Shown here piece by piece: positions 53,481-64,000 of a stretch of DNA of 64,000 nucleotides. The notes below the pieces were generated by a model. The model was not told where the DNA came from. It worked only from the letters and a program-made list of their open reading frames with translations, and searched no databases. Source of the stretch: Azolla caroliniana (taxonomy: Eukaryota > Plantae > Polypodiophyta); NCBI GenBank assembly GCA_043228905.1, contig JBHGNT010000015.1:12772001-12836000 (forward strand), given 5' to 3'. Numbering within the stretch: position 1 is the first letter of the stretch; the number at the start of each line of letters is the position of its first letter. The translations under genes and the position numbers were made by a program.

Positions 53481-53935
53481 ATTGGGGTGTGTGATGTCTT
53501 GTTCGCATCATAATGCGACGGGCAAAAAAGCATGCTGGCAACAGATTGGTGACTGGGTTATGTAGCGCGCAATATGTTATTTGGATCGTAATAACGCGAT
53601 GGGATGTAGACATGGAATGATAGGGGCGGGCAGGCAACAAGAGACTGATTGTGATCGAGTCATCGGAGGAAACGCCCACCTGGGAACCCACCCATTGTCT
53701 CCTCCACCGCCCCCCCCCCCCTTTCCCCTTTTTCCTCTTTCAACACATACACATTGTGTGGGGAAGATGGATAGTTTGCTTGCTCTGCGTATCCAAGGAG
53801 ACAAGTTACAACCATCATCGGTTACGCAGGCAAACAGACGGACTGACATGAGCAAAGTCAAAACTGGTGGGCTACTAATTAAAGCACATATGAGCATTCA
53901 ACCAAACCAATACACCTACATAGACGCAGACCAGA

Positions 53936-53966
<31 letters not shown>

Positions 53967-54024
53967 AGAAGAGAGCTCCTTTCAACAGAAAATCTTGCCA
54001 ACAATTGATTCCTAAGGAGACTTC

Positions 54025-55368
54025 ATGACTACTACTGCATCATCATCATCCAGGTATGCCATTTCCTCTGCCTCTGATCATGCCCTTCTTTCAATAGATT
54101 ACGGGAAGCCCCATCATCAGGTGAGCCTCGGCCGTGGTGGTGGTGCTCTCCACACAAGAGCTTTGGCTGTGGCATGGTCGGGCCGCAATAGGCAGGCAGC
54201 ACCTGGGCATCGATGGCCTAGCCCTAGCCCTAGCCCTAACCCTGGCCCTAGCCCTTGGCCTAGCCCTAGACAACAACTCGCCGTGAATGCGAGTGCGGTA
54301 GGAGGCGAACCACAAAGGGGAAACCAAGAAGAGGAAGACAATGGCGACTCGGACTCTGCGGGGAGCTTCATGTTCAGTGAGATCAAGGGCTCCTACATCC
54401 TGCCTTCTTTGAAGTCCCCGCTGTCGAAAGTGACTGTGGTGGGCGTAGGGAATGTGGGCATGGCATGCGCTCAGACGTGCCTCACCTCGGACCTCATGGA
54501 CGAGCTCGTCCTCGTAGACATCCAGCCCGGGAAGCTCCGCGGGGAGATGCTCGACCTCCAACACGCGGCTGCGTTCCTGCCTCGTGTCAAGATCGTGGCC
54601 AGCACCGACTACAGCATCACGGCCGGCTCGGACATCTGTATTGTCACCGCGGGTGCCCGCCAACGGGAAGGTGAATCCCGCCTCTCCCTCCTCGACCGAA
54701 ACGTGGCCCTCTTCCGCAACATCATCCCGGAGCTTGTCCGGCACAGCCCCGACACCATCCTCCTCATCGTCTCCAACCCTGTCGACATCCTCACCCACAT
54801 CTCGTGGAAGTTGTCTGGCCTCCCGCCCAATCATGTCATCGGATCGGGAACCAACCTCGACTCCTCTCGGCTTCGATTCCTCATCGCGGACACTTTCGAT
54901 GTCAACGCCCACAACGTGCATGGCTACGTGGTCGGGGAACACGGGGATAGCTCCGTCCCCCTCTGGTCTGGCCTCACTGTAGCAAATGTGCCCGTGCTTC
55001 GACTCAAGGACAAGAATGGCATCCATTACACCACGAAAACCTTGAAGGCCTTCCACAAGGCGGTTGTGGATAGTGCTTACGAGGTCATCAATTTGAAGGG
55101 GTACACTTCGTGGGCGATTGGCTACTCGGCCGCGAGCTTGGTCAAGTCGTTGCTCAGAGATCAACGGCGTATCCATCCAGTGTCGGTCCTTGCCAAAGGG
55201 TTCTATGGTATTGAAGAGGAAGTATATCTGAGTTTGCCTGCACAACTCGGCCGCGCGGGAGTCTTGGGTGTGGCGGCCAACCTTGAGCTTTCGGATGATG
55301 AGATACGCAAATTGCAACAATCGGCAAAGACCATCTGGGAGACGCAGTGCAAGATGGAAGGACCTTAG
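54025..55368 (+). CDS. LDH: L-lactate dehydrogenase, intronless, 447 aa, with a ~115-130 aa N-terminal extension
   Basis: Rossmann VVGVGNVG, GEMLDLQH, specificity loop TAGARQREGESRL (Gln, i.e. LDH not MDH), VSNPVD, GTNLDSSR, catalytic GEHGDSS and KGYTSWAIG. An in-frame TAA lies 9 nt upstream of the ATG. Confidence 0.96.
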   Translation: MTTTASSSSRYAISSASDHALLSIDYGKPHHQVSLGRGGGALHTRALAVAWSGRNRQAAPGHRWPSPSPSPNPGPSPWPSPRQQLAVNASAVGGEPQRGNQEEEDNGDSDSAGSFMFSEIKGSYILPSLKSPLSKVTVVGVGNVGMACAQTCLTSDLMDELVLVDIQPGKLRGEMLDLQHAAAFLPRVKIVASTDYSITAGSDICIVTAGARQREGESRLSLLDRNVALFRNIIPELVRHSPDTILLIVSNPVDILTHISWKLSGLPPNHVIGSGTNLDSSRLRFLIADTFDVNAHNVHGYVVGEHGDSSVPLWSGLTVANVPVLRLKDKNGIHYTTKTLKAFHKAVVDSAYEVINLKGYTSWAIGYSAASLVKSLLRDQRRIHPVSVLAKGFYGIEEEVYLSLPAQLGRAGVLGVAANLELSDDEIRKLQQSAKTIWETQCKMEGP

Positions 55369-55753
55369 CTTTTAACTTCGAGGCTTACTTAGTATAACAC
55401 TAGGATATTCTACTAATATATGTATAGCTCACTTGGACATTCTACTAGTGTATTATGTATAGATATGCTGTTATGTATTTGCATATGTGTGTGCATGTGC
55501 ATCCATATGGCTGAAAATAAACCAAGCAATCTATAGTGGTGGTTGCTTTGACCCAGCGGCACTTGCACATGGTGCCATTTTGTCAGTGGGTGAAGTTTTG
55601 CTCTAGTCAAGACCTGGAACAAGCACTACCTGAAAATCCTAAACCTCTTTTCCTGTCATAAATTTTGTCAAGCAATGTACTGCTTTCATGCTATTAAGTC
55701 CCCTCTCCTTTTTACATGTCTTTTGATCCTGTTGTATTCTTGTGTTTCTTTGC

Positions 55754-55948
55754 TTGTTTCAGTTTTGTGTTGTCCACCACCACTACTAGTCCTACAAACA
55801 GAAACAAAATTCAATCATTAGCACATGTTATGTTACTAGGCACAATCAGCTTTGTTTCAGTTTTGTGTTGTCCACCACCACAACTAGTCCTACAAACAGA
55901 AACAAAATTCAATCATTAGCACATGTTATGTTACTAGGCACAATCAGC
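55754..55948. repeat. 98-bp tandem duplication downstream of LDH
   Basis: TTGTTTCAGTTTTGTGTTGTCCACCAC...GGCACAATCAGC occurs twice. Confidence 0.9.
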
Positions 55949-56963
55949 AATGTCTATCTGACCATTTTTCTGTATGTTTCCACACTGTTCTTCTACCAAG
56001 GCTACAAACCACTTCATAAATTGGAGTGCACAATGTTTTGATATTTCACAAACTTCGCTCTGCTTCATATTTATTTTGAAGTAAACAGTTCCCATCTTAT
56101 TGATTCAGATTCGGAAGTGTTAAGTGGATGTGATTGGTTCATGAAGTCTTTTATTCTCTAGATCTTGCTTTCTTTGTTGTATGCCAAATCCTCCTCTGAG
56201 CTCTTGTATAGACTTATAGTATGATTTTGACACATTATCAGAGCCTCATCTTTGTCATAGGACGAATGCTACCTCCTAGAAGCATGTTGGTTTCTATTGT
56301 AAACAAGCACTATAGGGTCCAATATTCATGAGAAATGACACCTAGGTGGCTCTTTTATGTCATGTCTAACTTTTCACATGTTTCTCATTGTTGCTATTCA
56401 TGCCAACATACAAGTCCTTTTGTAGTTTCATGATAACCTTTGAATGCTTGGCACCAGTGACCCCTTAAACCCTTCACAGAGAGAAAGTTAGTTTCTTGTT
56501 TCAATGTCCACTTGTGACATAAAGTTAATTGCAATCTCGTAAATTGAGGTTGACAATCGTGCTTGTATCGATTAAAGAGCTTCATAATTGTAGAGTCCAA
56601 CATGCTTTGAATTGTACATTCTAGCCTAGTATAGTTTCCGAATGTGAGAGGCATAATCATATTCACAAAATCTCTAAATCTTTCACGAGAGTTTCAAGCA
56701 CATCATAGCGTAGGGTAAAGATATATGCTATCTACATCTTTAACCGTAGTTGAGTGAGAAGAATGACTCAAGACAAGAAGGCTATGAATGAGCAATTCTT
56801 TGAATGTCACGTTAGGATCCTTGAGTAAAAGGGTTCGAACCTTTGCATATCGATATAAAAAACTAATGGATTATTGTTTGGCTATACTCCCTATAGTGGT
56901 AACCAAGGAAGAGAAGTTGAAACACCAGACTATCCAAAACTCATCTCAACAGTAAATGACACG

Positions 56964-57196
56964 CTTTATGACTTGAGTAACAAGTTTTGAACGTGCGACC
57001 TATTGAGTATATGCTCTATTTTTTCTAGTACATTGATGAGATCACTCATGCTACTCTAAGGTGGGGCAAAGGAGTATACTTTATGACTTGAGTAACAAGT
57101 TTTGAACGTGCGACCTATTGAGTACATGCTCAATTTTTTCTAGTACATTGATGAGATCACTCATGCTACTCTAAGGTGGGGCAAAGGAGTATACTT
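56964..57196. repeat. 115-bp tandem duplication
   Basis: CTTTATGACTTGAGTAACAAG...GGAGTATACT at 56964 and 57079, with two mismatches. Confidence 0.9.
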
Positions 57197-58514
57197 CAAG
57201 ATAGTCTAGTGTATATCATGCTTATCTGGATAACATAGTCGTGGTTTCTCTAGCGTTGGCCTCAAATGTGGTCCAATGTGTATAAAGTTTTATGATGTTG
57301 TAATCATTTAATGAACTTGGGTGCAAATTTAGATAAAGCTTTATGTTGTTGATATAATCTTAATGATAGAGTCGTGTGCAAGCCTACAAAGTCACTTCAC
57401 CTAGTTTGATGGGTTAAGACCGAGGCGATAAGTTGCAACACCTATAGGTCCATCATATGACCGATGATATTCAAATTGACAAGATATTGAGTGGGGTGGG
57501 TGGCTTGTTTGTTACACATTTATTTCGTGTTGCACCTTTGCCAACTTTCATGATGTTTCATCATGATATGCACACCTACAAACTCATTGATGGATTTGCA
57601 ACTTCAGTTAAGATGAAGAAGGCATGCCATCATACACATTGGTCAAACTAGCTTTGATGTATGCAACAAGAGTGTGCACCTCTAGACTTCTGTTATTTCA
57701 TGTGCACAAATTGGGAGAGTGCAAATACATATAATGTTGTGCCTAATACGTAGCAATTTCATGCCTATTATTAGTACGATCACCACATCATCGATGTCAG
57801 CATGATCCATCTCACATACAACTAGTTTTAGCTAGAGGATGAGAGAGGTGCAACCAAATATATTAACGTGCATTGTATTTGAGGTATCTAGGAAACTTGT
57901 TGAAGTCATGCAGAAGTGGATCATAATATTCATAGATTAGATAATGTTTTCATCTCACAAAGTTACAAACACCACATGAACAACAAGGCACAAAAACCCA
58001 TTTTCCATTGCAAATAGATCAAGGATATCCCAAATTTCTTGTATGTTATTGTTACGAGGGGTCAATCTAGATGGCCACAAATCCTATGAGCATGCAACAA
58101 TAGTCTTCACACCACACCCACCTATGGACTCATTCTATGCCCTACAATTATACAAGCTAGAGCAGTAAATCTTTTCCGAGTATACTATTGTTGTATTGCC
58201 ATAAGAATATATGCATTAGCCATATTTGGGAGCCAATTCACTTTATTCTTGTTCCATTGTGGGCCATGTGAGAAACAACTTACATTCCATGAATCCATCA
58301 ATCTTGATCAATTTTTCGTGGAATTACGTGAAAGTCCTAATGTGTTGGGATTTGTTGAGCAAATGGTTGGCAAGTTTCATAATCAAGGGCTTTGTTTTTC
58401 CCCCTGAAACCTAGGTTTTTACAAAGGATCACATTTCCGTTTCCATGGCCCATCCATGACCGACATACCATGCATGATATGTTGATGATCCACATATAGA
58501 AGTTCACAACTATT

Positions 58515-61426
58515 TTTCCAAAAAACATCTACTTCCATTAGTTAAGAATGTACAAAGGAATCATTTACAACTCATATCTTACAAGACATCTTGCATGTCA
58601 AAGGAAAACAATGTGTAGATGAAACAACATAAAAAAACAACTCCAAAACACCACATCATTCTATGTGTATAGCATTACTCGAACACATATTCTCCACGTG
58701 AGCCTCATACAAAACAGAATTCAGCATAGATGTCCTCCATTCGCTCCTCATGGCAGCACCCATCTAGATGTTAGGAACACTTGGAGGGAACAGCCACCGC
58801 GGTGGTTGATAATTCCACTTCACTTTACCATCCATTATCTGCAGCATCGACGAACCGCTCCATTTCCGAAGGAATCGAGCTCTAGCTTCTTCACTTGCAT
58901 CAGATGGCCCTTGAAGACTTTCAAACTCACCTCGCAACGTAGAAATAAGATTAAACCAGATCATCATTAAATTCTCAGCCGGTGGGGTTCGTTTACCTTC
59001 GAGGGTCTCCTTGCACCGAGATACCCACACTTGCCAGATCGTAAGGCCGACCACTAATACCCATATGTCCACGTAGCGTTCTTGTAAGAAGAATAAACCT
59101 CCTTGCGTTGCTGGTTGCACAGATCCTTGCTTCACCATTAAAGAAGGACTGTTTCCATTCCACCATTGAAACCACGAGGCCGATTCAGTGGCTAGCCAAG
59201 TGATTGCTGCGCTCGATACATGAACCTCAACCCCAAAACAAGCCAAGATTCTTAAGCTCCTCAGCCAGATTTCTTGCGCTCGTGGGCAGCACCACAAACA
59301 ATGAGCGATGTCCTCCAAGCTCGCACTACACGCCTTGCAACCACTCATGCCGCCTCTATTCCCAAGCCACTCTCCCGTTGGAACAGCCCAATGGGTGATT
59401 AACCAGAAAAACACTTTGATCCGCTCGGGAAGGGATGAGTTCCATATCCTGCTCCTGGTTCTATCCACGAAGACTGAATCGATAGCTGCATGGGTCCACT
59501 TGTTGGCACATTTCTCATGATACGAACCTAACTTTCTCCCCAAGCGCGTCGAGTATTCGAAGAAACCTAGTGATTTAGCTTGTTCTCCCTTCCACCTATA
59601 TTCAGCGGGATCCCATTCTACGCGCTTGAGAGGCTTGCCTTCAACCACATACAAGATCCAATCCTCCTCGACCTCTTCGACTGGTGGATTCACCTTCCAT
59701 TTCTTTCCGTGTCTTGCCACAATTCTAATAGGGTACCAACCTGCACTTTCATCTAATAATCCCATCAGGACGGTCTTCCCACTCTTTCCTAGACCCCTGA
59801 CATTGATAATATTTCTGGTACCATCACATTGTCCAGACCATTCACCCTCTTCCTCATTACCAATAGGAAGCGAGGAGACAGCTGTATTGACTACGTCAAG
59901 CATCTTTCTGCCATTTCTGACCTTTCCCATGTCTTCATATAATTGATCACGATTATTGCCGGACAACCGCATCCAATCAGCCACCGAGTGTATCCCTAGA
60001 CAATGCAATATAGCCCACGACATGCGCTTGCTTTGTCCAAGCATCATTCCTTCTAGCGATTGCACGGTCTCGTTCCACAATAGGGGTTGGCGCATCCATT
60101 CAGCACTAGTACTTGGACGATTCCGACTTAGATGCCCACGAAGCATACTCCACGCCTGCATCACTGACATACAAGTACGATCAGCCAATCGGTTAGATTT
60201 CCTCAATTTTAAGTCCATGCAAAAAGGCCACGCTTTGTGTGACTTCCATTGCCCACCCAGTCTTGGACTCCATAGAATGCTCCTATTATGTATCAATGTT
60301 TTCCATAACTCATCACCGGGTAGCAAGCTTCTTACCAATATCTTACATAACAATGCCTGACTCTGCAATCCAGGGTCAACCAATCCTAAACCCCCCTTAC
60401 TCTTGGGAAGAATCAATGTGGACCATGATACTTTGGCTGCCGCATTGTCTTTCCTCATCCCAGCCCAAAGAAATCCCCTAATACACGCTTTAACAGTGCG
60501 AATAGCTTGCTTGTCAAACATCCACACTGAAACTGCATGCCATAATGTAGACAAAAGCACATGGTTAGCTACTATGATCCTGCCAGCCAATGATAAGTTC
60601 ATCCCTGACCAGTTGCGAATTTTGTCACAGATTTTGCTTTGAATATGTTGCAGCTGAATTCCCTTGTCGATATCTACCCCAATCCACGTTCCCAGATACC
60701 TAGTGGCTTCCCCGTTTGCAATCCATTTGAATTCAGCATTTGGCTTCCAAACAGGCTCGGGCTCCAAGCTGATCCAAAAACCCTTGGACTTCTTCCAATT
60801 AATGGACGCTCCCGATGCCTTGCAAAAGAGCTCAATAACACTCTGTGCCCTCTGAAGATTCACTTCATTTCCTTGGAGGTATAGCATTGTATCGTCCGCG
60901 AACTCCGAATCCAGCAGGGACTTCCTTGCGTTAGGGATCGAAAGACCATGAAGATTTGCCCCTTGGCTATTAAAAAGGGCAAACATTGCTTCAGTAATAA
61001 AAAGGAAAAGAAAGGGGGCAAGAGGACAACCCTGCCTGATGGATCGAGTAAGAATGATTTGAGCTCCTTTCCTCCCTGCAATCAACACCTTACTCGAGCC
61101 ATTCCTATATAAGGCTTGGGCAACACACCTCCATTCCAATGGTAGCTCAATGACCTTCATCACTTCTTCCAAGAAAGACCATTGCACTTGATCATAGGCT
61201 TTCTCGAAGTCGAGCATCAGACAAGCTAAGTTTTGATTGGTCACCTTCGCCGTTGCAACAGCCTCCCAAAACAAAATCACGTTGTCCATAATAGAACGAT
61301 GCTCCATGAAACCAGTTTGATTGGATTGGATGATATCGCCTAGGAAGGGCTTGATTCTCTGCACTAATATGTTAGCAAATTTTTTATAAATTAGGTTTAA
61401 AATTGTAATGGGCCTCCATTGCTTAA
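58515..61426 (-). mobile_element. 5'-truncated L1-clade LINE (ORF2 RT plus zf-RVT; no endonuclease or ORF1)
   Basis: Open 890-aa frame with WRPITILN, DFEKAYD, QGCPLAP, FADD, YLG and CKAC..EDIAHCLWCC. Flanked by AGAAGTTCACAACTATT (58498-58514) and AGAAGTTCACACCTATT (61427-61443). Confidence 0.92.
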
Positions 61427-62729
61427 AGAAGTTCACACCTATTCAAATTTATATTAAACTTAAGAGTGAACCACACACAAAATTACTCTCAATTGTTCAA
61501 TTTATCACATAACGAATTGACGTATTTTTACATGTGTAGGATCAAGGGATACATCTCTTCAACAAAGAGTTTCATAATAAATAACTATTCAGAATTAATT
61601 AATTGTGTTTGGTTAATTAATTACAATAAATTCAATAGTTTAATAATTTTTTATAGCAAGTCTAATATTTAAGCTAGATATTACTTCATAATTGTCATGG
61701 GAAATATAGTTCGACCTTGCCAAACTGATCTTTTGACATTATTAGATATGCTTAGCTTGTATACAAGCTTTGCTAGAAATTTGGCCTACATAAGTGTTGT
61801 AGATGCATACTTCAAACCTAACTTATTTTCTTTGATTAAGACTCTAAAAAAAATGCACTAAGGAGACATGTAAGATGTAATCTCTCATTTATTTTCCTAT
61901 CATACAAGATTGCTACACCACAATAAAGGGTTACCTTTGAAATCTTGAACAAGTCGAACTCTTTGAGTAGGGATTACATCCATATTCCTTCTTTAACAAG
62001 GGAAACACCTACATATTGAGCTTTGGTAGAAGATAATGTAACTATTGTTTGCTTCTTTGATCTCTATTGTCTTCATTGTGTTTGTGGGAATTGGATGTGT
62101 AAGTTGGCTCATGGGCCTACTCTTAGAATATTTCCTCTCTTGATGTGCACGGGGCACTAAGTGTCGCATCATGGACATATACCTTCCCATAAAATTATGC
62201 ATGTATATACATACATACATACATGTGTGTAAACCTTGTAGGTGCATGTGCATGCAAAATACTATGTAAATATTTGTATTTGTGTAGGAGGGAGTCTTTA
62301 TGTGAATAGGTATGTATGTAGACGTGTTAGGCATTTATTTTTGTATGTGTGTGAGTATATGTAAACAAATTTGTGTGGGAGGGGGTGTGTACACACTTTA
62401 CTAAATAAAGCTTAGGCAAATGGAGGGGAAGGGACTTGGGGAATTTAAAGTTTGGAGTTACATACTTAGTAAATTGGGGAATATGCTACCTTGGATATAT
62501 CAAATATTTGGGGTTTGGGGATATTAATAAGAGGTGAGAACCTTGGGCTCAGTGCCAAGCCTAGGTTCGATAATTGGTATGGTTCCAAGTAAGGTAGGCT
62601 AGGCGATGAGTAGGCTCGACATGACTCCTCGTCTACAACAAACCACATCCTTGCTCTTAAGTAGAAGTGATCACACACTAGCATTGTACAAGAGAGAAAG
62701 CATGTTCTCTTGTCAAGGTTTAAGAGAAA

Positions 62730-63021
62730 TGTTAGGATCGTGACCGACCACAACCGGTTTCTCGTATGTATATTCGGGGTGCAAAGAAACGAGTAAGACA
62801 ATGCTCAGACATAAGATGAAGAATAGGAACGAAAGGATACAAAGACATGAGAGTTTTAACGTGGAAAACCTAGATGGGAAAAAACCGCGTGGAGTCCACA
62901 AACTCCAAAGTTCAAACCAAATCACTATGTCGAGAGGAAGTACAATAAGAAACTATGAGGCAACGACCTCAAGATCTTCTTCGTCTGGTTGACAGACGAT
63001 TACAGAGTAGACATTCACTAA

Positions 63022-63066
<45 letters not shown>

Positions 63067-64000
63067 AGTTATAGAGGCAACAACCTCGTCAATAACTATA
63101 CAACTATGATTCAACTCTTTTTTCATAAAGTTTGCCCTAGTTGTATTTATACTAATTACAACTTTTTGGGCTATTTACAAATATGGTCCACATGGGCACA
63201 TTAAGACCATTTACAAAATTAGTCTCTCGAATCGGCTATTAAATCGATCATTTGATTTGTTGATTTTCGGCGTCAACCGAATTTCCTATGAACTCTCTAT
63301 TTGATTCGACTCGTACTCTTCCCATCTAGATGGACTTGTTTCCCAACAAACTCCCCCTTCACTCCAGCATGGGGTGCTTCATCAATCTGACACTTTATCG
63401 GCACACATTCAACTTCTCGGCCGACAACACCTTTGTCAGCATGTTTGATCCGTTTTCAGCTGTGTGGATCTTCATCAGAGCAAACTCCTTTTCTTCTACT
63501 CGCTCTCGGAGCCAATGGTATCTTCTTTGGATGTGCTTGGTCCTTGAGTGGTAGGCGACATTCTTCGCAAGCTAGATGACACTCTGATTATCATAGTAGA
63601 GTCAAAATTCCTCTTGCCGAAATCCCAACTCTTCGAAAAACTCCTTCATCCATATTATTTCCTTTGCGGCTTCTACAACAGCCATATACTCGGCTTTCGT
63701 GGTTGATAGTGCCACGACCTTATCCAGCCTCGACTACCATGATACAACTCCCCTTGCAAAAGTCATTATGTATTCGGACGTGGATCGGTTGGTATCAGTA
63801 TAACCTTCCAATGTGGGGTTACATGAGCCGAATCGAAGACACACACTGGAGGTGCCTCTCAGGTACTGAAGTATCCATTTGATTGCCGTCCAATGTTCCT
63901 TGCCGGGATTGCTTATAAATCAGATGACGACTCCAATTGCATAACCAATCTCTGGCCTAGTGCAAGCCATTGCATACATTAGGCTTTCGACTGCTGAGGC
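62730..64000 (-). mobile_element. Copia element of the D/F family: 3' LTR (62730-63348), PPT and RNase H/RT end; runs off the window
   Basis: The LTR edge TCCCAACA is followed by AACTCCCCCTTCACTCC (PPT GGAGTGAAGGGGGAG). The minus strand encodes AYHSRTKHIQRRYHWLRER and SLMYAMACTRPEIG. Confidence 0.88.

Noticed and set aside
53581-54015. 144-aa ORF in frame with and upstream of LDH
   Set aside because: It starts at a non-ATG codon, is built from poly-C and (GAA)n tracts and ends in TAA. It is most likely promoter/5' UTR.
54012-54027. Shine-Dalgarno-like AAGGAG upstream of the LDH ATG, suggesting bacterial origin
   Set aside because: The protein is plant-type LDH in a eukaryotic context, and a 6-mer match is expected by chance.
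54091-55320. 409-aa antisense ORF over LDH
   Set aside because: It mirrors the LDH codons. GC-rich third positions suppress antisense stops, and it has no recognisable motifs.
56900-58490. Possible ancient LINE remnant on the minus strand
   Set aside because: It is too degenerate to support with clear motifs.

Overview
This is eukaryotic plant DNA; a large-genome non-seed plant such as a fern is plausible, but that is inference from the transposon lineages. Positions 1 to about 48.4 kb are a nested pile of LTR retrotransposons. I resolved most boundaries from LTR termini, primer-binding sites (PBS), polypurine tracts (PPT) and target-site duplications (TSD). Copia D (17538-46304) contains Copia F (19618-42190). 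F in turn contains an Athila/OTA-like Gypsy G (21054-31140) and a very young, intact chromovirus H (32942-40219, LTRs differing at 1 of 474 bp). The region also holds Copia A (4549-9868), two fungal-looking Gypsy fragments, several decayed Copia pieces and three solo LTRs. The only host gene is an intronless L-lactate dehydrogenase (54025-55368) with a transit-peptide-like N-terminal extension. Downstream lie a 5'-truncated L1-type LINE with a ~17-bp TSD and the 3' end of another Copia. Four observations stand out. (1) Gypsy G has no PPT and instead carries a structured tRNA-Arg 3'-end mimic ending in CCA, complementary to its own PBS. (2) Two dissimilar LTRs each embed a tRNA-derived Pol III A/B-box cassette with canonical spacing. 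(3) The LDH may be plastid-targeted. (4) The leader of the young chromovirus carries an 83-bp hairpin array.
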